Below are positions 1 through 9,278 of a stretch of 59,789 nucleotides of DNA, in pieces. Location of the stretch: contig JANJXB010000072.1 of the NCBI GenBank assembly GCA_024709245.1, forward strand, positions 1 to 59,789, written 5' to 3'. The position numbers and the translations under genes were made by a program. The notes below the pieces were generated by a model. It worked only from the letters and a program-made list of their open reading frames with translations. It searched no databases and was not told the DNA's origin. The first letter of the stretch is position 1, and every line of letters begins with the position of its first letter. Source of the DNA: Acholeplasmataceae bacterium. GTDB taxonomy: Bacteria > Bacillota_I > Bacilli_A > Acholeplasmatales > Acholeplasmataceae.

Positions 1-257
1 GGGATGACATCAACACCAATTTCAGGGAGTTTGATGACCGTTTCAAAGATGGTTTTATCGCCTAGTAAGACATCAAAAATCGTGGAGTATAACATACTGC
101 GATTGATGCCTAAACTGGTTGTTGTCGATGCTTGAGGGTCAAAATCAACGAGCAGTACCCGTTTGTTATGTTCAGCCAAAGCGGCCGATAGATTCACTGA
201 TGTTGTCGTTTTTCCGACGCCACCTTTTTGATTGGAAATAGCAATGATTTTACCCAT
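1..257 (-). CDS. parA: ParA/Soj-family chromosome partitioning ATPase (3' end outside the window)
   Basis: Not in the ORF track. Manual translation from ATG at 257 gives [44 protein letters not shown], with the deviant Walker A KGGVGKT and DFDPQ. AAGGAG RBS upstream; follows rsmG as in Firmicutes. Confidence 0.93.
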   Translation of the reverse strand, partial: MGKIIAISNQKGGVGKTTTSVNLSAALAEHNKRVLLVDFDPQASTTTSLGINRSMLYSTIFDVLLGDKTIFETVIKLPEIGVDVI

Positions 258-281
258 ACATTCTCCTTTAATTTACAATAA

Positions 282-980
282 CTACAAGGGTTTCTTGGTC
301 ATTTGAGCAAATGTTCTTGGGTATCCCTCTGCGTGTTTTTCTTTTTGAATTCCAATGATGACCCGATGACCAAAGTCATGGGGAATTTCTTGATGTTTTA
401 CAAAGGATATCTTCCCTCCGAGAAGTTCGATACCTTTTTGAGCTTGATTGAACTCATCTTCATAGTTTGTTCCTTTAAGTCCAAGAAACAATCCTCCGAC
501 TTTTGTCATGGGAAGTCCCATTTCAGCGATCATAGATAAGTCGCCTAACGCTCTGGCAGTCACAAGATCGAAAGATGCTTGATGTTTAATCGCGTAAAGT
601 TCAACACGGTCATGAACGAGTGAAACACGGTCCAGATGAAGCAATTTCACGAGTTTTTCTAAAAAAACGATGCGTTTATTCAAACTATCAATGATGGTCA
701 CTGACAAATGTGGGTAAACGATTTTGAGAGGTAGACTTGGAAATCCTGCACCTGATCCCATGTCACAAATAGATTTCACTTGATTCATATCAACGGATGC
801 AGCTATGAATAGCGAATCAAAGAAGTGCTTGTAGTAAACTTCTTCTTTTTCAACGATTCTGGTGAGATTGGTGATTTGATTATATTCTACCAAAAATTGG
901 AAATATTGCTCGAACTGATTTTCCTGAACCTTTGAAAGTTCAATACCCATCAAATCTTTTACATGGTCTTTAAATGTCAT
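282..980 (-). CDS. rsmG: 16S rRNA m7G527 methyltransferase RsmG (GidB)
   Basis: [18 protein letters not shown] and VTARAL motifs. Start refined to ATG 980 (MTFKDH), overlapping the mnmG end. Confidence 0.95.
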   Translation of the reverse strand: MTFKDHVKDLMGIELSKVQENQFEQYFQFLVEYNQITNLTRIVEKEEVYYKHFFDSLFIAASVDMNQVKSICDMGSGAGFPSLPLKIVYPHLSVTIIDSLNKRIVFLEKLVKLLHLDRVSLVHDRVELYAIKHQASFDLVTARALGDLSMIAEMGLPMTKVGGLFLGLKGTNYEDEFNQAQKGIELLGGKISFVKHQEIPHDFGHRVIIGIQKEKHAEGYPRTFAQMTKKPL

Positions 981-2835
981 GTTGGACACTTCCTGATTCC
1001 AAATAAACCATGAGTACAGAAATATCGGCTGGATTGACTCCAGAAATGCGCGATGCCTGACCCAGTGTTGTCGGTCTGATTTTATTGAGTTTCTCACGAG
1101 ATTCCGATGAAATATTCTTGATTAGATGGTAATTGATTTTTTCAGGGATGACTTTATCTTCCAAGCGAAGCATCTTTTCAGCTTCACGCATCGCTTTTTG
1201 GATGTATCCTTCATATTTGATTTTGATTTCGAGTTGTTCTAAAGTGTCATCAGAATAAGATTCTTTAATGAAGTATTTCACATCCATCTGATTCATTTCA
1301 GGTCTCTTCAAGAGTTCTGCAAGTGAAATCGATTCATAGATGATGGCAGATCCTCTGGATTGAAGATACTGGTTGTTTTCTTTGGTTGGCATCACTTTGT
1401 ATGAAACTACCTTTTCCAATAAATCTTCAAAGGCTTTTTTCTTATTTAAGTATTTCTGATACGTCACTTCATCAACCAAACCGATTTTATAACCATAATC
1501 TCTGAGTCTTAAGTCCGCATTATCATGGCGAAGCAATAAACGATGTTCTGCCCGTGATGTGAGGAGTCGATAAGGTTCTAAAGTACCTTTGGTGACTAAA
1601 TCATCAATCAAGACACCAATATAAGCTTCATGTCGGTGTAAAATGAGGGGTTCTTTTCCGGAAACAGATAATGCTGCGTTAATACCCGCCATTAAACCTT
1701 GTCCAGCAGCTTCTTCGTATCCCGATGTTCCGTTGATCTGGCCTGCACAGTAAAGATGCTTAATGCGTTTGGTTTCAAGAGAAGGATACAATTGGATAGG
1801 ATTAATCGCATCATATTCGATGGCATAAGCGTATCGAATGATTTTCACATGTTCAAGACCTGGAATGGTTCTAATCATCTGTTCTTGAACATGACGGGGC
1901 ATGGATGTTGAAAAACCTTGGACATAAAGTTCATCCAAAGACATACTTTCGGGTTCAATGAAAATTTGATGACGTTCTTTATCAAAGAAACGGACAACTT
2001 TGTCTTCAATCGATGGGCAATATCGGGGGCCAACCCCTTCAACAATACCGCCATACATGGCAGATTCACCCAAGTTCAAGTGGATGATGTCGTGCGTTTT
2101 TAAAGAAGTGTGGGTGAGATAACAGGGTTCTTTTGGGTTGTTGTCATAATAGACTTCATCAAAACTGAACGTATAAGGTTCTGTATCACCAGGTTGTAAA
2201 CTCATCTTTGAAAAATCAACGGAGTCTTTAGCGACTCTTGGAGGCGTTCCTGTTTTGAGTCTGACGACATCAAATCCCAGTGCCTTGAGTTGTTTTGAAA
2301 TTCCATAAGTCGTGGGTTCGCCATGGGGTCCACCCATGGTTTTTTCATGTCCGATGAGGAGATTCGAAGACAGGTAAGTCCCGGTTGTTAAGATGACAGT
2401 TTTCCCAAAAATTTGGGTTCCATCTTGTAGAATGATGCCTTTAACTTCTTGGTCTTCGACAATCATCTGTTCGACCAGTGCTTCTTTCAAATCAAGGTTT
2501 GGAGTGTTCTTGAGCACTTCAAGCATGATTTTTGGATATTCCAATTTATCAATTTGAGAACGGAGTGCTCTCACTGCAGGTCCTTTGGAGGCATTCAGCA
2601 TCTTCATCTGAATCTGTCCTTTATCGGCACTTTTGGCCATTTGACCCCCGAGTGCATCGATCTCACGAACAACAATTCCTTTTGCTGGACCTCCAATGGA
2701 GGGGTTGCAAGGCAAAGAAGCAACCTTGTTCAGGTTGCCTGTGACTAAAATGGTTTTTTTGTTCATACGCGCCATGGCGAGAGCAGCTTCTATCCCTGCA
2801 TGTCCTCCGCCAACGACGATACCGTCATACATCAT
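970..2835 (-). CDS. mnmG: tRNA uridine 5-carboxymethylaminomethyl modification enzyme MnmG (GidA)
   Basis: [32 protein letters not shown] and [12 protein letters not shown] motifs. Confidence 0.98.
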   Translation of the reverse strand: MMYDGIVVGGGHAGIEAALAMARMNKKTILVTGNLNKVASLPCNPSIGGPAKGIVVREIDALGGQMAKSADKGQIQMKMLNASKGPAVRALRSQIDKLEYPKIMLEVLKNTPNLDLKEALVEQMIVEDQEVKGIILQDGTQIFGKTVILTTGTYLSSNLLIGHEKTMGGPHGEPTTYGISKQLKALGFDVVRLKTGTPPRVAKDSVDFSKMSLQPGDTEPYTFSFDEVYYDNNPKEPCYLTHTSLKTHDIIHLNLGESAMYGGIVEGVGPRYCPSIEDKVVRFFDKERHQIFIEPESMSLDELYVQGFSTSMPRHVQEQMIRTIPGLEHVKIIRYAYAIEYDAINPIQLYPSLETKRIKHLYCAGQINGTSGYEEAAGQGLMAGINAALSVSGKEPLILHRHEAYIGVLIDDLVTKGTLEPYRLLTSRAEHRLLLRHDNADLRLRDYGYKIGLVDEVTYQKYLNKKKAFEDLLEKVVSYKVMPTKENNQYLQSRGSAIIYESISLAELLKRPEMNQMDVKYFIKESYSDDTLEQLEIKIKYEGYIQKAMREAEKMLRLEDKVIPEKINYHLIKNISSESREKLNKIRPTTLGQASRISGVNPADISVLMVYLESGSVQHDI

Positions 2836-2850
2836 GTGATCACTTTCTTT

Positions 2851-4803
2851 TTATAAAACTTTCTTGCTGAAATATTCTGCAATTTTTTCCTTGGTGAATC
2901 CATAGAGTTCTAGTGCTACTTCAGCAGGAGCGCTGACTCCAAAGGTGTCGATACCATAGACATGCTGTGTATACTTATACCAAGATTGACTGCTTGCCAT
3001 TTCAATGGCGAGTACTTTGGCACGTTTGGGAAGAATGGATTTTTGATACTTTTGAGTTTGCTTTTCAAAGAGATGTGCTGAAGGCATACTGACGACACGG
3101 ACATCAACACCTTGTGCAAGCAATAATTTCTGAGCTTGAATTGCGAGATCCACTTCTGAACCTGATGAGAGTAGTATGCCATCCAAAGCTTTTTGTTCAG
3201 CGGAAACAACATAAGCTCCTTTGGAAACACCTTCATAGGATGTTGTTTGATAATTGGTGACATTTTGTCTGGTTAAGATGATGGCGGTCGGAGTTGCAAT
3301 CGATTCCATCGCAATCTTCCATGCAGCAAGCGTTTCATTGGCATCAGCTGGACGAATGACATTCAAGTTTGGAATGGCTCTTAATCCTGCAAGTTGTTCA
3401 ATGGGTTGATGTGTGGGTCCATCTTCTCCGACAGCAATCGAGTCGTGAGAGAAGACGAAGATTGAAGGGATGTTCATGATGGCTGAGAGTCTCACAGATG
3501 GTTTCATGTAATCAGAGAAGACGAAGAATGCACCACCAAAAACACGAAGACCTCCGTGTAAAACCATACCATTGACGACTGCGCCCATGGCGTGTTCACG
3601 AACACCGAAATTGATGTTTCTAGCCAAACGGTTTTCCTTACTGAAATGTCCATCTGCGCCTTTGGCTTTTGTTGATGCAGTTAAATCCGCAGATCCACCA
3701 ATCAAATTCAAGTTCTGACTTGATAGTCTGGCCAATACTTTTCCACTCACATTGCGGGTTGCTTCTTTGGCACCTTGAACATCCGCTTGGAAATCAGAAA
3801 GATTGACACTGATTTTATCTTGAATGAAGGATTCTAATAGTGCATGTTCTTTTGGATATGCCGTCTTATACGCTTCAACAAGTGCTTTCCATCTCCGATG
3901 CACACGTTGACCACGAAGTGCTACTTTTTTACGGAAATGTTCATAGATATCTTGAGGAACCACGAAAGGTTCATAGCCCCAGTTTAAGTTTTTTCTTAAG
4001 ACTAATGCTTCTTCTGCACCTACGGGTGCACCATGGACTTTGGATGTACCTGCAACACTTGTTCCAAATCCAATCACGGTTTTCACTTCAATCAATGTGG
4101 GTTGATTCACAGATTTTTTCGCTTTTGCAATGGCTTTATGGATCAGTTGAAGATTATTGCCATCTTCAACACGGATATATTGCCACCCCATCGCTTCAAA
4201 CTTGTTCTTGTGTTGTTCGCTATATGCAAGATTCACTTTACCATCCAACTGAATGTCATTGGAATCAAACAAGACAATCAATTTGCCAAGTCCAAGATGA
4301 CCTGCCAAACTGATGGATTCGAGTGCAACACCTTCTTGGAGGTCTCCATCACCGCAAATCACATAGGTATAGTGATCAATCAAATCAAAATTGGGTTTAT
4401 TAAATCGTGCAGCAAGATGTGTTTCTGCAATCGCCATGCCAACCGCATTCGAAATACCTTGTCCAAGAGGACCAGACGTCGTTTCGACACCTTCAGTGTG
4501 ACCATATTCTGGGTGACCTGGAGTATTGCCGACTTGACGGAAGTTTTTCAAATCATCCATTGAAATTTTATATCCGGATAAATGATTGATGGCATACAGT
4601 AGCATCGAGCCGTGTCCTGCGGATAAAACAAAGCGATCACGATTGAACCATTTTGGATTTTTAACGTCAATGTTCAAATGTTCTGTAAACAATTGATATG
4701 CCATCGGTGCTGAACCTAGGACAATACCTGGATGACCGCTGTTTGCCTTATTGATTGCATCGACACCCAGCATGCGAATGGCGTTAATTGCTCTTTGTTC
4801 CAT
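2851..4803 (-). CDS. tkt: Transketolase
   Basis: SGHPG, RDRFVLSAGHGS, GDGDLQEG (TPP binding) and GEDGPTHQP motifs. Confidence 0.98.
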   Translation of the reverse strand: MEQRAINAIRMLGVDAINKANSGHPGIVLGSAPMAYQLFTEHLNIDVKNPKWFNRDRFVLSAGHGSMLLYAINHLSGYKISMDDLKNFRQVGNTPGHPEYGHTEGVETTSGPLGQGISNAVGMAIAETHLAARFNKPNFDLIDHYTYVICGDGDLQEGVALESISLAGHLGLGKLIVLFDSNDIQLDGKVNLAYSEQHKNKFEAMGWQYIRVEDGNNLQLIHKAIAKAKKSVNQPTLIEVKTVIGFGTSVAGTSKVHGAPVGAEEALVLRKNLNWGYEPFVVPQDIYEHFRKKVALRGQRVHRRWKALVEAYKTAYPKEHALLESFIQDKISVNLSDFQADVQGAKEATRNVSGKVLARLSSQNLNLIGGSADLTASTKAKGADGHFSKENRLARNINFGVREHAMGAVVNGMVLHGGLRVFGGAFFVFSDYMKPSVRLSAIMNIPSIFVFSHDSIAVGEDGPTHQPIEQLAGLRAIPNLNVIRPADANETLAAWKIAMESIATPTAIILTRQNVTNYQTTSYEGVSKGAYVVSAEQKALDGILLSSGSEVDLAIQAQKLLLAQGVDVRVVSMPSAHLFEKQTQKYQKSILPKRAKVLAIEMASSQSWYKYTQHVYGIDTFGVSAPAEVALELYGFTKEKIAEYFSKKVL

Positions 4804-5413
4804 TGTTTTCTTCTTCCTTTTTCTCTACGTTTTCGACTGTTTCTTGAACGGGTTCTTCTTCAAATTTAAAGTATTCTTGATAATGAAGCTGTTGATTTTC
4901 TACGAGTGCATTAAAACGTTCAACACCCAGAAAATCGCGAATTTCATCTTGAGTGTTCTGATTTTCCTGTGCAACTTTTTGATTTAAATAACGACCTTGG
5001 AAGATATTACCAATGATGACTAAGACGATCATACCAATCAAAATTTCCATGGTAAAATCCGGAAAAAGCAAAGTACCCAATCCAGCAACAACGACATACA
5101 AGATCAGTGAGGGAATCATAAACCAATTGTTGACTTTCCGACTGAGTGTGCCTACCTTACTTAGAAAGTTGAGCCAAATCGTGTTGACTTCGGGTAAATA
5201 AAAATCTGAAAGCATTTCATAATATCGTTTTTCAACAAGCACTTTGTAGTTGTTGCCATCGGAAGTCCAGATTGCAAATCGACCTTTCGATGCAAATTGA
5301 AAAAGATAGGGTGTATCGTTTAAATAGTGAAATTCGACAATTTTTCCGTTGATTTCTTGAGTAGCAAAGGGCTCGTGTGTCAACTGTGCATAAATTTTGG
5401 GATTCAGTTTCAT
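4784..5413 (-). CDS. Hypothetical membrane protein (soluble N-terminal domain, two TM helices, acidic tail)
   Basis: 209-aa ORF with GGAGG RBS and two hydrophobic segments; overlaps the tkt start by 20 nt. Confidence 0.75.
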   Translation of the reverse strand: MKLNPKIYAQLTHEPFATQEINGKIVEFHYLNDTPYLFQFASKGRFAIWTSDGNNYKVLVEKRYYEMLSDFYLPEVNTIWLNFLSKVGTLSRKVNNWFMIPSLILYVVVAGLGTLLFPDFTMEILIGMIVLVIIGNIFQGRYLNQKVAQENQNTQDEIRDFLGVERFNALVENQQLHYQEYFKFEEEPVQETVENVEKKEEENNGTKSN

Positions 5414-5491
5414 AGGTCATTCCTCCATTATTTTCATTATAACATCATCTTGTTTCTTTCATGACGCTTATAGCGTTTTCATCCATCAAAA

Positions 5492-5599
5492 ATCCCCATC
5501 TGGCATCATCATCCACATCGTTTACCTGCTTATGGCTGCTTCAGTCAAGACCTGACCAGGTTCACAAGTGACGATTGAATGATGATGCCAGATGGGGAA
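5492..5599 (-). ncRNA. ffs: Small bacterial SRP (4.5S) RNA
   Basis: Minus strand contains the helix-8 signature GUCAGGUCU-UGAC-UGAAGCAGC inside a long hairpin closed by a perfect 20-bp inverted repeat (5493-5512/5579-5598). Lies directly downstream of tadA, like tadA-scr in Bacillus. Confidence 0.88.
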
Positions 5600-5604
5600 T
5601 TCAT

Positions 5605-6075
5605 TTACTTTTCTCTGAGTTTTTTAAAAAACGCTTGAATCAGTGTTTTACTCTCGTCTTCCAACATTCCCGATTCAACATGTATCACATGATTAAAGGG
5701 AATATCAAGTAATTTCACAACACTTTTGACACCACCAGCTTTAGGGTCCTGTGCTGCATAATACAAATGCTTGATTCTGGCTTGAATCATGGCACCTGCA
5801 CACATTGGACAAGGTTCCAATGTCACATAGACATCACAATCTTCTAATCTCCAACTTCCGATTTTTCGTGTCGCCTTGAGCATGGCGAGAAACTCGGCAT
5901 GGGCATGGAAGGATTGTTTTTCTTCTCTTAAATTGTGTGCTCTTGCGATGATTTTTCCATCATGGACAACCACAGCACCGACAGGCACTTCATCTTTCAT
6001 CATGGCTTTCTTCGCTTCAAGAAGTGCAGCCTTCATGAACTTAACGTTTGGTTGTTGGTTTTCCTGGGACTTCAT
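5605..6075 (-). CDS. tadA: tRNA adenosine(34) deaminase TadA
   Basis: EVPVGAVVV, HAE and TLEPCPMCAGA motifs. Start uncertain (6075 or 6036). Confidence 0.93.
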   Translation of the reverse strand: MKSQENQQPNVKFMKAALLEAKKAMMKDEVPVGAVVVHDGKIIARAHNLREEKQSFHAHAEFLAMLKATRKIGSWRLEDCDVYVTLEPCPMCAGAMIQARIKHLYYAAQDPKAGGVKSVVKLLDIPFNHVIHVESGMLEDESKTLIQAFFKKLREK

Positions 6076-6634
6076 GGTAATGTCTCGATCTTGGCTCATA
6101 AGATTCATTGGCTCCAACTAAAATGATTGGATCATTGTAGTGTGCAGGTTTACCGTTGATGATCCGTTGAGTACGTGTCGCTGGTAATCCGCTTTTCACA
6201 CAGATGGCTGTCAGTTTCGTGACAAACTCCGCTCTTGCAAGAAGTTCTGGCATTGGACCAAAAGGTTCTCCTCTAAAATCACTATCCAGTCCACCGACAA
6301 TGACACGGATTCCTTTATCAGCAAGTTCTTCAGCAATCTGAATGATTTCAGAATCAAAGAACTGTACTTCATCAATGACAACAGCGTCTGTTTCAGGTTT
6401 GACATGCGCTAAGATTTCAACACTTTTTTCAATGATGATAGAAGGTTTTTTGGATAAGTTGTGCGAAACAATTTCTCCAATTGCGTAACGTGTATCAATT
6501 TTAGGTTTGAAGACTAAGACATTTTGCTTAGCATATTCCAAGCGCTTGATGCGACGAATTAATTCTTCGGTTTTGCCTGCGAACATCGGTCCGCATACGA
6601 CTTCGATGAATCCATTTTTATACGTATGATACAT
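6041..6634 (-). CDS. tdk: Thymidine kinase (type II / TK1-like)
   Basis: GPMFAGKTEELIRR, IDEVQFF and GLDSDFRGEPFG motifs. Confidence 0.97.
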   Translation of the reverse strand: MYHTYKNGFIEVVCGPMFAGKTEELIRRIKRLEYAKQNVLVFKPKIDTRYAIGEIVSHNLSKKPSIIIEKSVEILAHVKPETDAVVIDEVQFFDSEIIQIAEELADKGIRVIVGGLDSDFRGEPFGPMPELLARAEFVTKLTAICVKSGLPATRTQRIINGKPAHYNDPIILVGANESYEPRSRHYHEVPGKPTTKR

Positions 6635-6666
6635 GTCAGAGTCCCCTTTATCGTCTTTTTTTTAAT

Positions 6667-6695
6667 AAAAAACGTGATGAGTGATCACGTATTTT
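6667..6695 (-). terminator. Intrinsic terminator after rpmE
   Basis: ACGTGAT/ATCACGT hairpin followed by a T-run on the minus strand. Confidence 0.65.
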
Positions 6696-6700
6696 CTCAA

Positions 6701-6913
6701 TTACTTCTTCTCGTTCAGACCGTAACGTTTGTTGAATTTTTCAACGCGTCCGGCAGCCTGGATAAATGTCTGCTGTCCTGTGTAGAATGGATGGCAGTTT
6801 GCACAGGTGTCGATGCGGAAATTCTGAGAAGTCGTTCCAACTTCATATTCGTGACCGCAAGTTGAGCACTTAATCTTCTGTACTGTGTATTTTGGGTGAA
6901 TGCCTGGTTTCAT
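6701..6913 (-). CDS. rpmE: 50S ribosomal protein L31 (Zn-binding C+ type)
   Basis: MKPGIHPKY..CSTCG..CANCHPFYTG..GRVEKF. Start refined to 6913 behind AAGGAG. Confidence 0.97.
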   Translation of the reverse strand: MKPGIHPKYTVQKIKCSTCGHEYEVGTTSQNFRIDTCANCHPFYTGQQTFIQAAGRVEKFNKRYGLNEKK

Positions 6914-7017
6914 TTCTTTTTCTCCTTCCGCCATGACGAGTGTCATAGTAAGTTTTGCACAATGATTATATCATTACAAATCCGGTTAATCAAGTCTAAA
7001 TTTTTGAAAATGAACAA

Positions 7018-7530
7018 TTAACTTTCGACTTCGTTGTGCCAAGTCTGCCAAATCACCAAAAAACGTTGTGCGATGATCCCTGTGAGGGCACCGGCTGGAA
7101 TGCTTAAAAAGAGCATGATAGGGAGATAAAACACAACTGCAGTACTACCAATCACGAAGATGCCGCCAATGATTTGTCCAATGCAGTGAAAAACAGAACC
7201 TATGACACTGACACCCAGTACACCAAAGAAATTGGTCTTCTTGAAAAAGCCCATCGCGAGTGTCGCTGCAATCCCGCCGGATAAGCTCATCACGAAAATG
7301 GGTGAAAGTAATTTCCCAGTCAGCATCGATACCAATAGGACTCGAAGTAACATCAATGATGCACTATCTTTGAATGAATACACGTAAAGAACAATCAGCG
7401 TCACAACGTTTGCGATACCGAGTTTTGCTCCAGGCACTGGGATGACTGGAATCTGCGATTCAATGATGTTCAAGACGATGGCAATGGCCAGAAAATTGGC
7501 CAACAACGTCATTTTACGTGTTCTTTTCAT
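7018..7530 (-). CDS. Gx transporter family / heptaprenyl diphosphate synthase component I-like membrane protein
   Basis: IES.IP..PVPGAKLGIAN, SLSGG and HCIGQ motifs. This family is typically adjacent to NusG-II and ApbE genes. Confidence 0.85.
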   Translation of the reverse strand: MKRTRKMTLLANFLAIAIVLNIIESQIPVIPVPGAKLGIANVVTLIVLYVYSFKDSASLMLLRVLLVSMLTGKLLSPIFVMSLSGGIAATLAMGFFKKTNFFGVLGVSVIGSVFHCIGQIIGGIFVIGSTAVVFYLPIMLFLSIPAGALTGIIAQRFLVIWQTWHNEVES

Positions 7531-7532
7531 GG

Positions 7533-8024
7533 TTATACGACAAAGTCTTCACTGTCATTTGTACCGAATTCGACACGAATGCGATTCGGTAGACAAATGA
7601 GTGGTTTGCCTGTGGAAACTCCTTCTCTGCTACAAATGTTATTGGGGCTTTGTTCCTCAATGATTTCAACGCTTCCCCGGTGCTCACCATCAGCGAATGT
7701 GTACTGAATTACAACAATCTGACGCACACCTCCGATGGTGTAGTCCCCGAGTAATGTGATCGTCTGATTTTCTAAATCAATTTGAGGAAAGGTACCGTAT
7801 TCTTCGGGAACAGGTTGGTTATATCGTTTTGTGACTTCGAAATTGACAAAATCAATCGTGACAATCGGATCAGAAGATGATCCGTAATAGATGTTAGCCA
7901 CTTGCTGATCTCCTGAAAATGCAAACAGTTGGAAAATGAGATAAACTCCCCCAACCAACAGAAAAAGGATCACAAGTAACAAAACGTCTCTTTTGTTTTT
8001 GGATGTGTTCCTAATTTCAGTCAT
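7533..8024 (-). CDS. NusG domain II-containing membrane-anchored protein
   Basis: N-terminal TM helix; C-terminal SPNNICSREG..PLICLPNRIRV typical of NusG_II. Start refined to 8024. Confidence 0.8.
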   Translation of the reverse strand: MTEIRNTSKNKRDVLLLVILFLLVGGVYLIFQLFAFSGDQQVANIYYGSSSDPIVTIDFVNFEVTKRYNQPVPEEYGTFPQIDLENQTITLLGDYTIGGVRQIVVIQYTFADGEHRGSVEIIEEQSPNNICSREGVSTGKPLICLPNRIRVEFGTNDSEDFVV

Positions 8025-8025
8025 G

Positions 8026-9228
8026 TCAATTTTCCTCAAATAGAGTATCTATCATGTGGGGTGTTATGGTTTCATCCTGATTGAATCGGATGAGTTCAAT
8101 ACCTTCTGAGTTTTGATGCGTTGTAAGCCAAGCCATCAATTCTGCCTCAGGCATTGAGAATAAGGCGGTTGCTACTGCATCCAAGTATCCCGCATCTTCT
8201 CCAATCATCGTGATGGAGTGATAATATTGCATCGGACGCTTGGTCTTTGGTGAAACGATATGATGATATCTTAATCCTTCATACATGAAAAACTGTTCGT
8301 AATTCGCACTGGTGGTGATTGTTGTGTCTTTGACATACACCTTACCATAGGTCTGTGCAGTATTCATGGTCTTCAATGGATTGGTCAGAGCGACAATATA
8401 AATGCCACCTTCACGATTGGGGTTCTGACCTAAAGCAATCGAACTCGATCCTGCACTGAGTGAAAAATCGATGATGGGGACCGATTTCAAATATGCATAC
8501 ACTTTTTGTGTCGCATATCCTTTGGCAATTGCACCCACGTCAAGTTTGATGTGAACACCCTCAATATGAACATAAAATTTTCCTGAATCTTCAGACAGCG
8601 TGATGGAAAAATCATCCGTATTGATTAAAGAGACCTGGCTCAAGACTTGATTGAATCTTGTTTCGTCCATTTCTCTGGCAAGTTCTGAGATATGATATTC
8701 CGTCTCATCTCCGACTATTTTGATGACTTCTCGTGTGCCATTCATGGTTGAACTTTCGACAGTCCCATAGATTTTTTTAGGTAATATCCAAACCTTGGTT
8801 CCGATTTCAATTGGGTCTTGGTCCAAAATGATTGATTTCCAACGGTCAACAATTTTTCCGATGGAAATATCAAAATAGCCATTTGTCAAAGTCTTAATCT
8901 CTTCTGCAAAGACGAGCATATCGTATAATGCTTCATCAATTTCTAAAGTTTGACCTACTTTTTGATTAATCGAATAAATGTTTTCCAAGTAGATAGAGTC
9001 TTCTGGAAGGGGTTCATATCCTGTCGATAGATCATGATATAAAGCATAAATTCGTTCAACTTCAGAGATTACATCTTCAGCTTGTTTGTCACTTGTTGCC
9101 ACGCCATTTAATGCAACATAGGTATCCATATAATCAAATGAACTGTACGAAAACGTCACTGATTTCTGGCATGCGAACAAAAAGAGACTGGACAGAATCA
9201 GTATCGCGACAACCCATATTTTTTTCAT
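8026..9228 (-). CDS. apbE: FAD:protein FMN transferase (ApbE) lipoprotein
   Basis: Lipobox LFAC; FDISIG, LDVGAIAKGY, TTSANYE, YHHIVSPKT and DAVATALF motifs. Start refined to 9228. Confidence 0.93.
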   Translation of the reverse strand: MKKIWVVAILILSSLFLFACQKSVTFSYSSFDYMDTYVALNGVATSDKQAEDVISEVERIYALYHDLSTGYEPLPEDSIYLENIYSINQKVGQTLEIDEALYDMLVFAEEIKTLTNGYFDISIGKIVDRWKSIILDQDPIEIGTKVWILPKKIYGTVESSTMNGTREVIKIVGDETEYHISELAREMDETRFNQVLSQVSLINTDDFSITLSEDSGKFYVHIEGVHIKLDVGAIAKGYATQKVYAYLKSVPIIDFSLSAGSSSIALGQNPNREGGIYIVALTNPLKTMNTAQTYGKVYVKDTTITTSANYEQFFMYEGLRYHHIVSPKTKRPMQYYHSITMIGEDAGYLDAVATALFSMPEAELMAWLTTHQNSEGIELIRFNQDETITPHMIDTLFEEN

Positions 9229-9278
9229 GATAACCTCCTGGTGCATGACTTATTGTAAAGAAAAGGACATCAAATGTC

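Noticed and set aside
3840-4563. Long plus-strand ORFs (157 and 176 aa) opposite tkt
   Set aside because: Entirely antisense to a conserved gene with no recognisable motifs; shadow ORFs. The same applies to the other short antisense ORFs in the track.
5493-5598. 20-bp perfect inverted repeat as a MITE/IS end pair
   Set aside because: It encloses the SRP helix-8 signature; no target duplication or second copy seen.
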